From assembly GCA_046563655.1 (NCBI GenBank), contig CM102283.1, forward strand, positions 3,596,001-3,660,000: a stretch of 64,000 nt of DNA, given 5' to 3'. The first letter of the stretch is position 1. The number at the start of each line of letters is the position of its first letter. This stretch comes from Yuukianura sp. NJ FZ-2021. Taxonomy: Eukaryota. The position numbers and the translations under genes were made by a program. This document shows positions 40,296 to 53,596 of this stretch, piece by piece. The notes beneath the pieces were generated by a model, which worked only from the letters and a program-made list of their open reading frames with translations, did no database searches and had not been told where the DNA came from.

Positions 40296-41188
40296 TCATG
40301 TCGCTTTCATGGACTCCGTAACATCCCGGTGACCTTGACGTGACCCCTCAAATTTGGCCAACTCCTTCTGCAACTTCCGCATCGTCACAGCATCTCGCAT
40401 TTCCTGTTCACAAATAAAAAAAAACAAAATAATAAAACCTCAAATTTTGAACATTTTTGAAAAATTTTGATTTTTTAACTTGGCGTTACTTGACAGAGTG
40501 CCGGAAAAAGCTCCAGCACAGTTTTGTCTTTGAGGTTGAAATCCAGCGACTTCTGAGCCAACTTCTGTCGCTCCTCTTTCGTACTACCAATGATGGCTCC
40601 CACCGTGTGAGTCTCTTCAAGCTAAAACATAATTTATATATTAATTATAATAATTATAATATATAAATATATAAATATATATATAAAACTGACCATGAAG
40701 CTGAGTACACCTTGTAAGATTTTGCCCACGGTCCAGGAGGCGATCCAAGTGTCAGGATGGAAGTCGGACATTGTCATGCACAGGCGCGTATTGGTTTTAA
40801 ATCTAAACATTAAAATATAATATATTTTATAAATTAATTAGTTATATTATTTTATTAATTACTTTCATTACCTTCCGCTTGGTGTGATCATGTAGATGGC
40901 TGGAGGGCGGAATGGAAATTGATCAGAGAAAGTCAGTTTCCCATGGTAGAGGCCTCCGTAGTACGGCGTATTCTCAGGTCCACGCAGAATGTAGTGCCTA
41001 AAAATGTAAAAAATCGTTAAAATAAATCATAAAACTGAAATTTTGAACGATTGTTTTTTCAAAATTTTGAAAACTTGCCATTCGAGTATGTTGTTTGGAA
41101 GCGGCTCAGCATCGACGTAAGGCAGCGGATCTTTCTTCAACTCCAAGTAGTCTTTCTGGAGCCGCTTAAAAGCAGGACACTCTGCCAT
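40296..41188 (-). CDS. Ubiquitin-conjugating enzyme, UBE2J2/Ubc6-like
   Basis: Five exons: KRLQKDY..DPLPY..EPLPNNILEWHY..GPENTPY.GG.YHGKL..PPAIYMITPSGRFKTNTRLC.TMSDFHPDTW; catalytic Cys present. Confidence 0.9.
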
Positions 41189-41440
41189 ACTTTTCTAAAA
41201 ACTCAAAACCAAACTCACATTTTGTGCTGGACAAGTATCAAGTACAATGATTTTGTGCTGGACAAGTATCCAGTACAATGATTTTGACTGCTTTCGAAAT
41301 TCTTCTGTGAAGACAAGAAAGTGCGAATATATTTCAAACAATCCAAAATATGCCTATCGCCATACCAATACCATAAACTTTCTTATTATAAAAAAAATCA
41401 TTTTCTGAAAATCAAAATTTCGGAATTTTTTCCAAGTTTT

Positions 41441-43603
41441 TTAGAAATTGCTGAGAGCAGTGTCGAGATGAAAATGGAAGTTGATGAGATACTCGGCATT
41501 TGTACGTTGGACACTAATTGCAAAAGGAGACGTTGGATGAAAAGTAAAAGCTACTAATCTCCGAGCTGCTGGAACTGGCGGTTGGCGTGCTGCTGGTGCT
41601 GGAGAAATTCCAGCAAACATTTCGAATTTAAAAAGTCCAGAGTCCCTTCCAAAAAACCTAAAATTTAAGAAAACAAAAGCTTCAAATTATACAAAGTTTC
41701 TCAAATTCAAAAGAATTGTGTAACTTTACCTAATTGGAAGTTCTCCGGAAGCCTTCGGACGTTCCATGATACTGACTCGGTGATCGTCGTAAGAAAACAG
41801 TGCTTGGTCCAAGTAAGGTGAAGGAGAGTACGACTGAGCGCTGATTGGTAGATTCGTCAATATCCGCTTGGTTGCCTCCGCTGGGCCACCGAATCGGGCA
41901 CTAGTGATTGTCTGTCGAAAATTTTGATGTGATTCCCTTAAAAAAAAACAATTTTTGAAAATTGTGAACTTCTTAAAATTTTGACCTTTTTTTAAATTTG
42001 AACTTGGTCTTACTTACATTGCAAATCGATTATTGGCCGGAGAAGAGCAGTAGCGTGCTTCATGTGTCAGAAAATTATTTCTGAAATTGTCCGTGAATGC
42101 TTCGAAGAGATCCACCAGTTCCTCGGAAGTACTGTCATATACTGCCAGTATTTCAGTGGACGAGATACAGTAAAATACGAACAGGCAATACTGTGAGTTT
42201 GGTTCGGGGACCCTTAAAGTTACCACATCCGGTGAAGAGTACTTGAGCAATAAAGTGTCTTCATCAATTAGCTGCATTTTCCAGATTCGCATGCCCTCCA
42301 ACGCTACAAAATTTTGATGAAACTGTCTCAATCTAGCTGGATCTCCAGCATCAAAGTCTTTTCTTGCCCTTCTGTACAAGTATCCCAGGAGTCGATGTTT
42401 CAGTCCATTGTAGTTTTCATCTTCAAATGCCCGGTATTGCGGAATGTTCAGAAACCCTTGGAGAACTAAAGAATCATCTTCGTGGCAGAATCGTCCGATA
42501 CTTCTCAAATGTCGAAATCCTCCGTCTACAATGTGGTAGATGTGGATAGTTTGGTGCTGGACAGAGAGAATGGCCAGAGTCTGATCGTAGAGGTAAATTC
42601 CTTGGTTGTGTGATAAGTAGATTCTGTCCACTGGGAAGGCAATTGAGTCCCTTAAAGTTCCCGATTTCAAGTCCACAATGTGAATTGTATAGTCCTCAAG
42701 GGGATATTTGGAGTTGGGTTCAACGGATTCGTTGTTTTGGTGCATTTCGTGGAAAGTTGGATGATGATGTTCGTCGTGGATGTAAGTTGCAGAGGCAACG
42801 ATTAGATACCGTGAATCTTCGGTGAAGAGAGAACATTCTCGGTTTAGTTGGTCTCCAGGTTTGGCCACTCTGATCCGAAACTTTAGAGTGAAGACGGTAC
42901 CGAACAAGTGGTTTCGAATTTGCTCACTGGCGGTATCGGTATGTTCCGGTCCGATCTGAGCGGTCCAAGGAAACTTCCTGGTCTTCGGAGTCGTTTTAGT
43001 GTCGCTGATCTTTCTCCGACGTGCCTAACATTATGAGAATAGTAAGGTAAAGTTTTAGGTAAATTGAAATAGATCGTGATATTGTAATTAACGTACCGGA
43101 GATGGACCATCTTCTGAACCAAGATCCGCCGAGGCCGAATGTGCCCGAGCACGTACTTTGCCTTCTTTTACAGCCGATGTCGAAGCAGTAGCAGGCGATG
43201 TCGCCGTGGATGTCGCTCTAGAAGATTCCAATTGTTGTTCTCCCAGCTCATACTCCTGTTTGAATAGACTTAGTGCCGACTGGGGTCCATTGAACATGTA
43301 GATGTCCACCGAAACGTAATCCCAGGAGAAAGCGACCAAGTACTTTCCATCTGGTGTGAACTTCCGTATGAAACATGGTGGTTTCTCGACATTCGTTACT
43401 GTAAAGTTAGGAAAAATACTCTGACACATTGAGCGTTCCAAGTACTTTTCAGTACCGACTCGGTTTACATTGTTGAACAGCTCCCTGGATTCCAGACGCT
43501 GGACGATATTCTGGATCGGTCTTGGTTCGACTATCAAAGGTGGTCCGCCTGTGGGATCCTCGTAGACTATTTTATTACGTATTAACTTCTTTACGTATTC
43601 CAT
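41441..43603 (-). CDS. DET1: DET1 homolog (CRL4/COP1 adaptor)
   Basis: [94 protein letters not shown]. Confidence 0.95.
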
Positions 43604-44327
43604 TACTTTAGAAATCCTAATTAATCCCAATCCGGGTCAAAAGGTCAACCAAAGGAGAAAGTGTTCAGAGTTTTAGCAAAAGAGAAAACGACACAAGTAC
43701 GAAAATGAAAAAAATGCAAAACAAAAATATTGCCGGCTGGACAAAACGTTATCTACACTCCACCCGCCCGCCAAATCATATCTGGCCAAATGATTTCAAC
43801 GCATTAGTAAATCAAGTTATAACTACTGTAAAACACTAAGGTCAAAGGTCACTAGTTGAAGTAGTAATGTTCTAATGATGTGTTCTATTTACTGAATGAC
43901 ATTTGACATTATAATTACTGAATTACTTATGAAATATCAACAATATAATTATTCAGCTTACTAATAATGCTCAACACTAAAAACAGGCTGGGGGGTGATT
44001 GCTTCCTCGCTTGGAGTAACTTTTACCTCGACCTACTTGCTGTTTAGAGAGTCATATGATCTGGGAAGGATTAATCATCAATTTTAATTACTTAATTTGT
44101 AATTCATCTCGATATTTTAAGCTTAGCAAAGCCAAAGCGACAAGGATAACGTGTCTCCTCCGAGGTGACTATCTTTACCAGTATCTGCTTGGAACAAAGT
44201 GAAAAAGTAAAAGTGTAAGTCTTCCAAAGTGTAAGTCTATGATTAGTACAATCAAACCGTTTCAGCATTTGCGTTAATCGATTTGAATGTTAATTTTAGA
44301 GACTGATACTGAAATACTTAAACTGCA

Positions 44328-45083
44328 ATGTCTGCGCAATTGCCGGAGAGCGACGTTACCAATGCATTGTCATCACTGGAGAGACTAACCGACGAAGAAT
44401 TGAAACGACTAATCAATGATGAAGATAACTTTGACGATTTTGTGCGGAATTTACCACAGGTTACAACTTGACAATGACAGCATCACCATTGCGTCTAGTA
44501 CTTGTTACTTGCTGTTACATTGAAAACGTTTTGCGTTTTAGGTTCAAAAGTGGGAAAACGACAAGGAAGTTTTATTGGCCAGTAACAAGTCATTAGCGGA
44601 GTATAATCTCTCATTTGAACCCACTCTCACCGAGGGGAAACGGGAACTGACAGAATTGTACCAAAAAGTGAGGAGTCTCATGGACGAAATAGAAACGAAA
44701 CGGGCACAGTTGGGTAATCAATCATCGAATCATCAACTAATTCATCATCCTTGATTGTCACTTTAGACTTAACTTTCGTCTAACTTTTAGAGTCACTTGG
44801 ATCACGAACTTCTCTGGACACAACGCATGCTCTTCTATTGACTGCTCATGCGGAGGCTGAAGAACAGAGTGACGGCCTGTCAGAATCGTTTCTCAATGGC
44901 TCACTGGACCTGGAGTCTTTCCTGTCTCAATATGTTCCTCTCAAGCAACTGTCACATCTACGGAAGCTAAAAGCGGATAAACTGGCTGAATTGATTCACT
45001 CCCAGAGGTCACGAGAAGGAATGTCATCTTCTGTTCCCTATCCAACGTCTCAGATGATGCCACAACCACGACTTCCCATGTGA
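44328..45083 (+). CDS. Vps37B: ESCRT-I subunit VPS37 (B/C-like, Mod(r) domain)
   Basis: Three exons; LLASNKSLAEYNL, AEAEEQSDGLSESFLNG..LESFLSQY...LSHLRKLKADKL. Confidence 0.88.
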
Positions 45084-45726
45084 TTTTATACCAAGGTCGG
45101 TCCTCATTTCCTTATCCTTCCCTTTCCTCGTCTAAAACTAAGCAAATCTTATTCCAAATCCAATTTATAACGAATTAGTTGAGTAGTTACACATTAACTT
45201 TACTACAAATTAGTAATTGATTCATAATTTTCCAACCAACCAATAATGAACCGTGGCGAGTCGCTCATTTCCATTTTGGTTTAAAAATAAAATGCAGCGT
45301 GCACCAAACTTTTTGAAATTTTTTTTTGGATCTTTTTCGAAATTCAGAACAAGTAAAAAAGTGTTTGGCTTCTCTTGTAGGTTATATTTAGAAAAGTTGT
45401 TAGAATGGAGCGAGTTTTTTGTGTCTGAAGTTTATCGATCTGTGACTGGTGTTTATATAGACCGACAAAGTCCACTTTTTTGTACGAAGAAGTTATTGTT
45501 GTGTCAGCAGCTATTACTTTTGTGTTTCATTTTAATTACTAGTGTTCAAAGTTCAAAGTCCAAGTTTTAATGCATTGGACATGACGCATAACTTAACCTA
45601 GCTTAATCAACTCCATTACATTCGGAAACCGGTTCGACAACTTCTTGAAAACAAAAGTTGTCAGTTTTTTTTAAAGTTTTTTTTTTCGAAACTCAAATTG
45701 ACCCGGCGTCTTAACAAGTTCGCAGC

Positions 45727-47363
45727 ATGGTACCTCAGCGCGCCTTACTGAGGAACCTTGGTGTCACGTTCAAAAATTTACTACAACAGCGACATTTCAG
45801 TTCAACTGTGTCAGCAAAAGCAATTCAAAGTGTCGCCGTCAACAACTCCGACGCAACTGTTGAAGTTAGTTTTTTTAAAACTGATACCCATTTTCTAAAA
45901 AGTGAAATTTTGAAATTTGCTCTTGCTTATTTTCAGGTCCATTTCAGAAATGACACAGAGGTGAAGTACTCCTACCCTTGGTTGTTTCTACAAGACAATT
46001 GTCTCTGTTCCGAGTGTTTTCACGAGTCATCCAAATCTAGAAAGCGACTGATGCTGCAACTGGACCTGGACAAAACTGTTACCAGGACAACAGTGAAGGA
46101 AGACAAGAGTGGAATTGACATTGGATGGTCCGATGGACACTCCAGTTCATTTCCAGAACAGTGGTTAATTCAAAGAAGATTCACAGAAGACAATCGACTG
46201 CAACGCACAACTCTTCCTAGAGACAATCCACAACTATTTGGATCCGATTGTAAAATTGAACGGGCCAAATTCCAAGTAAGTCTATCAAAAAGTTAACATT
46301 TTGAAATTTTGAAATTTTTAAACTTTTGATATTTTGTAGGAAGCACTTGATAGTCCAGTGACGTTACTGCATTTGCTCAAGACGCTTTGTAAAAAAGGAA
46401 TTTTTATTCTGGAAGGAGCTCCGAAAGAGACTGGCCAACTCAGAAAGTTTATTTCAAAATTTGGATTTATACGAAAAACTCACTATGGGTAAATTTCAAA
46501 AGGAAAATTTTTCTTACACAGTTTTTGATGTTTGGATTTTGAAAAATCCTTTTCGTTTTTGACTTGCAGGGAAGAGTTTTCAGTGAAATCTGAACGGAAT
46601 GCTTCTAACATTGCGTACACTGGGAGTAAACTGTGTGTTCACCTGGACCTGCCTTACTACGAGTCTCCTCCGAGTGTCCAAATGCTCCACTGCATCAAAC
46701 AGTACTACGCAGACGCAGAGGGGGGAGTAACTAACTTTGTAGATGGATTCCAGGTTGCTAAGCAACTCAAACAGACGGATCCACAAGCATATGAGACGCT
46801 GAGCACAGTTCCACTGGAGTTTGAAGATGTGGGACAGGATTTTACAAAGTTTCATAAGATCCATCACTCCCCGACTTTTGTGTAAGATGCTTTACATTAT
46901 ATATTAATATATAATAAATAGTATAAAATAATGATATAATAATTCAAAGTTAGTCATTTTTTAGACATTCCCCAACTGGCCAATTGACTCGGATTGTGTA
47001 CAGTAATCAGCAACTGAGCTCCTGTCTTCCAGTTCCGATTGACAAAGTGAACTCAGTGTATCGTTCTCTCAAACTCTTCACTCAAATGTGCTACGATCCC
47101 CAAAATATTATCAATCTTAAATTAGAGGAAGGTATGTTGAAAATATATGTCATTTCCAATTTTAGACAAAACTTTTTTTTTTGAAAAGTTGTAATTTTGG
47201 TATTGTGTTAGGTGAAATCGTGGTTTTCGACAACTGGCGACTGCTTCATGGGCGCGAGGCTTTTGATTCTTCCAAAGCCGATCGCCATCTTGAAGGCTGC
47301 TACGTGGACTGGGACGAAATTTACTCCGGAATCCGAGTTCTTCGAACGGAAACTGAAAGTTGA
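45727..47363 (+). CDS. BBOX1: Gamma-butyrobetaine dioxygenase
   Basis: Six exons; mitochondrial-type N-terminus, L.DNC.C..CFH Zn domain, W.DGH.S.F, RKTHYG, NIAYT..L.VHLDLPYY (HxD), FDNWRLLHGR, RHLEGCYVDWD. Confidence 0.92.
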
Positions 47364-48096
47364 TCTTTGTAAAAATTTAAAACTTTAATTCTAACTAATA
47401 AAATCGGCTTTGTAAAAGTAAAAGATGAGAAAAGAGTGTCCCCAATTTCAGTCACTTGTCAGTTGGGTACTTTTGCAACCAAAACTGCATAAGGAATTTG
47501 CGTGTTTTATGAAACTGCAATTTGCAAACACAACAAAGCTCCAAATCCAACAGCATGCAAACTCGTCATGAAAGAAGGTCAAGCGAATAACAAGTGCAGT
47601 ATTCAATTGTGTCTAATCTAATCAGCGTCATCAGCGTTTTGTGTCAAATGATCGTCACTAGGGCCCAACTAACTGCAAATGGTTTGTTTTTCGCCCCCGG
47701 ACAAGGCGGTCACTTTGAATTCGTTTCATTTCGTTTTGGTCACGCAGCTTGTCCAACACTTTTATTCCAGCGTCACGCTCACACTGGAACAAGATCAGAG
47801 CGGAAACTGTGAGGATCAAACGGTAAATGGACGTCTGCTTCAGCTCATCTTCACTTCAAAAGTTTAAAAGTTCCATTTCACACATTGAGACGAGAGTTCA
47901 GGATCACTGGAAGTAGTGTCTAGTAATTGGAAATCCCACAAGTGTCATCCATCGTGACCAGGAAATCAGGATCGCATTGTTTTAAAAGGTATCCAAAGTC
48001 CTCATTACTTTAGTAACCTTATTCTGCTAGTCAAGCCTGCATATCCACTAGAGCACGCAAGCAACCGACTCAACGCCGCGAAAACCACAATACCAC

Positions 48097-48954
48097 ATGC
48101 CCAACAATCCGGATTACGATCAAGATCAGTGGCAAAGCGACATGGGCTCTCAGCAATGGATTGAACCCAGAGCGTTAATGTCGTAAGCATGTCGCTTTCA
48201 AATTGAGCTGGCATCCGGCCAACTCCAACTCCCTAACAAAACCTGACAGTTTTTTAAATGTGTTGACCGGAGTAGACCACAAGGACCCCGACAGAATCCG
48301 GAGAGACCGCTGGTACCGCGGTATACATTTGGTCCGAGTTACCAACAGCGTTCTGGACAAGACCACGCGAATGGATACCAAGTTCAAAGTGGATTTGAAG
48401 TTGCCCAGCAACAGATTCCGCATCTCTCTTTGACACAGATTCAAGGTCAATGGTCAACTATTCCCAGGGATCCGTTGTTTGGAGGTCCAGAAATTCCTGC
48501 GGTATTATATCATTACACCAGCCTTAGGAACTTGACCTCGATTTTGAGCCACAAAGCTCTCTATGCCAAACCCCAACCAGAAGGTGTCATCCTTCCAACA
48601 GCTAGATTTGGTACGGGCATTTACTTCACTGACCTTGGCCCCCATCACGCAACTGAAGACATACTCAAAAATAACTACGGAGTTGGACCAGCATCTTTGA
48701 GTCAAACTTATAAGACGGAAGTGTGCTTCCAGTTTTTGTCCAAATTTCTTCCGGCAGCGGCATTGGTCCCTTGCAAGGATCAAAGTTGTTGGTGGTGGTC
48801 AGGAACAACTGGGCAAGGGCATACGCGGAGGATTTGGAAGGTGAATCTCCAGAGGCTTACAATCGAGGATGGATTTTACTATATAAGGGAGCTGAATGGG
48901 CTGGGATTGCCGAAAAGTATCACAGAGAAGAGATGGAATGTCAATCTCTTTTGA
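48097..48954 (+). CDS. Toxin-type ADP-ribosyltransferase-domain protein (Tox-ART-HYD1-like), copy A
   Basis: Exons 48097-48182 and 48276-48954 join in frame. C-terminal domain LYHYT..L.SIL...L...ARFG.GIYFTDL.P....EDILKNNYG. Confidence 0.7.
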
Positions 48955-49691
48955 ATTATATACCCAAAATCATTATATCATAAATAAATAATATGTCTAT
49001 ATAAATACAATATAAATATTAATGTATATATATATATGAAAGAACATTTAATAATTATATATGAAAGAACCTCAATATATGAAAGAACATTTAATAATCT
49101 CATGGTATTATATCTGATATTGTATTTATACAATTAGTATTATAGAAACGTATAATTTTCAAAGAATTTTTTATAACAAGAAATATGCAAAAACATTACT
49201 TAATAGAATTGCAGGAGACCGATGGTCCGCCATGTCCAACAATTATGGTAAAATTGAAAATAACTATTGTATTAGTCTTTTATATTTCGCACATAAATGC
49301 AGAAAAAATACAATTCTTATACTATTTTATTATTTCATCTTATATGAAGTGTTTACATAAAAATTAAACAACGAATATGTATATATTTATTAAACCTGTT
49401 TACAATAAACAATAACAAATAATGACAACAAACTATAGTTAAATAGTACAAGAAAAATAAAGAAAAAGTTCACACAAATTTAAGAAACTGAAATAAAAAA
49501 TTTCTAAGTGGGGACAGTGCGAATTTTGTTTCATTTCGTTTTGGGAACAAACGTGCGTCGGAATAAAATTAGAGCAGAGGGAGACATTGCGTGGGTCTAT
49601 TAAATTAATTGTAAACAGGGACATGTAAAAATACTAATAAGTTCACCAGAATCATATATTGTGACTTTTAAGTCTTTATGTTTTGTTTTAG

Positions 49692-49827
49692 ATGAAATCG
49701 TAGCTTTTGACAACCAGCGACTGTTACACTGGCGGGAGGTTTTTGGTTCTTCCAAAGCCGATCGCCATCTTGAAGGATTTAGACTGGGACGAAATGTGAT
49801 TTCTTCAAACCCAAACTCAAAGTTGAC
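49692..49827 (+). pseudogene. Duplicated, decayed last exon of BBOX1
   Basis: EIVAFDNQRLLHWREVFGSSKADRHLEG is a copy of 47212-47363 with substitutions, then a frameshift/deletion. Confidence 0.85.
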
Positions 49828-50732
49828 CTGTGTAAAAATTTAAATTATTAATTATAAAATGGGTTTCTCAAAACTAAGGAGGAGAAAAAGAAAAGAGAGG
49901 TACAATATGAGAAGCTGTGTTTAGCTGTAGTTCCGTTATTAGGAGATTTTCGGTATCTAACAGGGTGAGAAGAAGTACGGAGAAGGGAGGGACCGGGAAA
50001 TAGATTTTTGCAACCAGCAAACCACACTGCTTTAAGGGAATTTGCATTATTCCTGTAAAACTGCAATGTGCAAACATAAACAAGATGCAACAGCAACTTG
50101 CAAACTCATCCTGAAAAAAAAAAGATTACAGGCAACAAAGTGCAGTATTCAATTCATTCTGTCTAATAAGCGTAATCAGCGTTTCCTGTCAAATCAGCGT
50201 CACCGTAAGCGTTTTATAAGGTAACGTGATTGGTTCGTTTTTAGCCTTTGCTGGTGAGGCGGTCAGTTTGAATTTGGTTCATTTCGTTTTAGACACGCGG
50301 GAAGGTAAGTCATAAGTAGAGCAGAGGAGAGACCGAGATCCGAGAGACGGAAACTGGGGTTCACTCATAACGGTAATCTGGTACGTCTTCGTCAATTGAT
50401 CTTCAAGTAAGGAACAGCAAGTGCCATTTCATACACTCCAAAGGAACAAGGCAGTTCAGTATCACTTGGAGTAGTTTCTGGTAAGTTTCATTTTGTGTCC
50501 ACAAGATCACGATCGTATTGTTTTAAGGTATCCAGGTCCAGCTCCGATTCATGTCAACGACATCATGTCGTTATCTAAATAACCTTATTTTTTTCACATA
50601 AGTTATGTTTAAGATGACACTGACATTGACACCAACTCTTATTTATGTAATTGAGCAGGAGGGACGACAATAACTCCATCAAGGGTACACAAGGACAGTC
50701 CCGATTAAGATCAAGGTCATTGGCAAGGTGAC

Positions 50733-52119
50733 ATGGACTATCGGCATAGGAATGGACCCAGACCGTCACTGCCGTAAGCATATCGTTTTCAATACGACCT
50801 GACATCCGGCCAAACTCTATTGTCGACGGGAAAGTCCGTAACAAAAGGTGACAGTTTTGCTTTTTAAATATGTTGACCTCTGTAGACGATACTCTTTTCG
50901 GGGAAGAGGTGCTCAACGACCACGACAGCATTGGGAGAGACCGCGGGCACCTTGGACCAGACCTTGGACAAGCGGACCATCGTCATCTCCAGTGTCAAGC
51001 CCAGCACTGCCGCCGGTTCAGGACGTCAACCCATTTGACATGGCTCCAAATCATCAGGAGTTTTCAGGACAAGTACAAGCGTATTGGTGCAATGCTCATG
51101 CTCAAAATGAATTTGCAGTAGCCCAGCAACAGATCCCACAGCTCCGGGAGATACACTTTGTGGATCGTGGGTACGACATGGATCGGAATTCCTTATTGCA
51201 ACCAATGATTCAAGTCCCCCTTCTTCCACCGGATTACCCAACTGAGAGTACATACTTGCATACCACTCAAATTGAGCAGCATCAGGTTCAGGGGCCGCCA
51301 ATGCGCCAATTTTCATTTACATTTGCTAACCCTGGGTACAACTCTACTTTTTCGGGTGCAGGTCAAGGTCAAGGCCCATATCCCTTGTCAGGTCCCGGTC
51401 CAGTACATGCCAGCTCAGCTCCAGGTCCAATACATGCCAACTCCGGTCCAAGTCCACTCCATCCTCGCGCACGCTCAGTTCCGTTCGTACGACCACAGCA
51501 GTCTCGTGGTTTAGCACCTCGACTTAGCCGTCCCTTCAAACAGGTCCGACCGCCTCGTCCTCCCAGACCAACCAGTCGCAATTCTCTGAATTTGACCCAG
51601 ATTCAAGGTCAAGTGGCAACTATCCCCCGGAATCCAGCACTTCCGGTGCTTCCAGCTCCAGAACTGCCCAAGGAGTTGTACCATTACACGACCTTGAGGA
51701 ATTTGACCTCTATTTTGAGAGACAAAGCACTCTACCCCAAACCCCAACCCGCGGATGTCATCCTTAAAACGGCTAGGTTCGGTCCAGGCATTTACTTCAC
51801 TGACCTTGACCCCCATAACACTACTGAGGACATTCTTAAGAATAACTATGGAGCAGGAAAAGCATATTTGAGTCAAAGTAGAAAGACGGAAGTGTGCTTC
51901 CAGTTTTTGTCCCAGTCTCTTCCCCGCTTGGTTTTTTGTGAGGATCAGAGTTGTTTGGGGTCAGGAGGAACTGAGCATGCGCGGAAAATTTGGATGGTAG
52001 ATCTGCCGAGGCTGGATATTGGGGAGAAGGATGGATTTTACTTTATAAGGGAGCTGGATGGACTTGGGAAGGCAAAGAGTGTTACAAAGAAACGTTGGAA
52101 TGACGATTTAATTAATTGA
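50733..52119 (+). CDS. Toxin-type ADP-ribosyltransferase-domain protein (Tox-ART-HYD1-like), copy B, with long Pro/Gln-rich N-terminus
   Basis: Exons 50733-50773 and 50886-52119 (same intron position and phase as copy A). LYHYTTLRNLTSIL..ARFGPGIYFTDLDP..EDILKNNYG. Confidence 0.72.
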
Positions 52120-52640
52120 ATTAGTTGGAATGACGATTTGAGTAATTGAATTAGTTGACCTGTGACCTCTGAACCGGTTTTTTGCTTTTTAGTTTTGTAA
52201 ATTTTTAAGGTTGAAATGTGTGATGTGACGATTTTCAAATACTAAGGAAATGAGTGATAAATTACATTTAATATTTATATGTTAATCGATTAATCATTAA
52301 CGAATTTAACCAATGTAAACCTGTATACGCGAAAGTGTTTTTTATAACGTAATGTTCCAAGATGTTACCATGTCATGTTGCCATGTCATATGATACCGTG
52401 TTAAGAAATACGTCCAACATCTTTGGATACTTAATACTTCCGGATGTGAGTCGTGCTACTTAATACCTGGTGTGTCGGTAAGTTGCATTTAAAATTAACG
52501 TTAACGTTATCGCTGGTCGTGTGTTTATTCAAAAAGTACAAGAGAAAAGTGTTCATAAAAAATTTTTGAAAGAAATTCATAAAAAATTTCGACTGAAATT
52601 TTTTTAACGTTCTGGTGCCTTGCCGAACATGACAGACCAG

Positions 52641-53596
52641 GGGACTATTTCACCACTTTACATTTTTCACTTTTCAATAATCACTCCGCAGTTTTCAATT
52701 TTTGCAAATTGAGGATGAGGAGCGTTTCACCATAACAACAAGCTCCTCAAATTTCCTTCCGCAGTTTTCAACCTTTTTTTTTGAAAAGTGAGGGAGAAAA
52801 ACTGAGCAAAATGAAGAGTGATGAGTGATGACTCTTCATTTACGTCTCGTAAAAATGGATATTGCACTACTGCAAATCGAAACTTTAGGTCCAAGTAGAA
52901 CTTGGTGACCGGGTATGGGTCACCGTCCGTTAGTGAACGTCCATTAGTGACTGTCAATTGGAGACTATGCATTGGCGACCGTCCATTAGGATATCGGCCC
53001 AACAGTGACCGTTACCCCTTACCTTAATGTGACCTTCGAAACTCTACAGTCGCTCTATGTCAGGAACAATTCCCGGATCCTTATGGACAGTAACTTATGG
53101 AGCTATACAATTATGAACGGACCCTTATGCACACAGGAAGACTCCGTAGTTTCCCAAGGAGGATGTCCCCCGGGTCTGGGCAGGGTGTGTGTGTGTCAAT
53201 TTGACAAAATTTTAGTAAAAATTTGTATAAAAAGCTTATTAGTAAGTCAATTTCAATCGTTAATATAACATCTCATGACCAAACAGCTCAGTAATGGACG
53301 GCAACTCATAAGAATCAAGCACTTTTCAACCTTTGAAGAAGCCCTCGACCTTCTTCAAAAACAATTGAAAAGTGCAAAACTTTTCAAACTTTTTGTTGCC
53401 AAAGAAAAAGCAGTGAAACACTCTTCACTCTTTTTTAGTGAAAATTTCCTCAATTTTCACTTTTCAAAATCAATCCCCAATTTGCAATTTTCACTTTGCA
53501 ACGTTGTTATGGTGAAACACTCCACTCCTCAATTTTCTCGAAAACATGAAAATTGAGGAGAAAAAAGTGCAAAATGAAAAGTGGTGAAATACACCC
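52641..53596. mobile_element. MITE, PIF/Harbinger type
   Basis: TIRs GGGACTATTTCACCACTTT / reverse complement GGGTGTATTTCACCACTTT with extended imperfect inverted arms (~100 bp). 3-bp TSD CAG at 52638-52640 and 53597-53599. Confidence 0.75.

Noticed and set aside
48005-50931. Similar minus-strand ORFs 48005-48214 and 50575-50931
   Set aside because: The similarity is explained by the duplication; plus-strand exons with matching splice sites fit better.
48097-52119. Bacterial contamination as the source of the ART genes
   Set aside because: Both copies have spliceosomal introns and are co-duplicated with a host BBOX exon.
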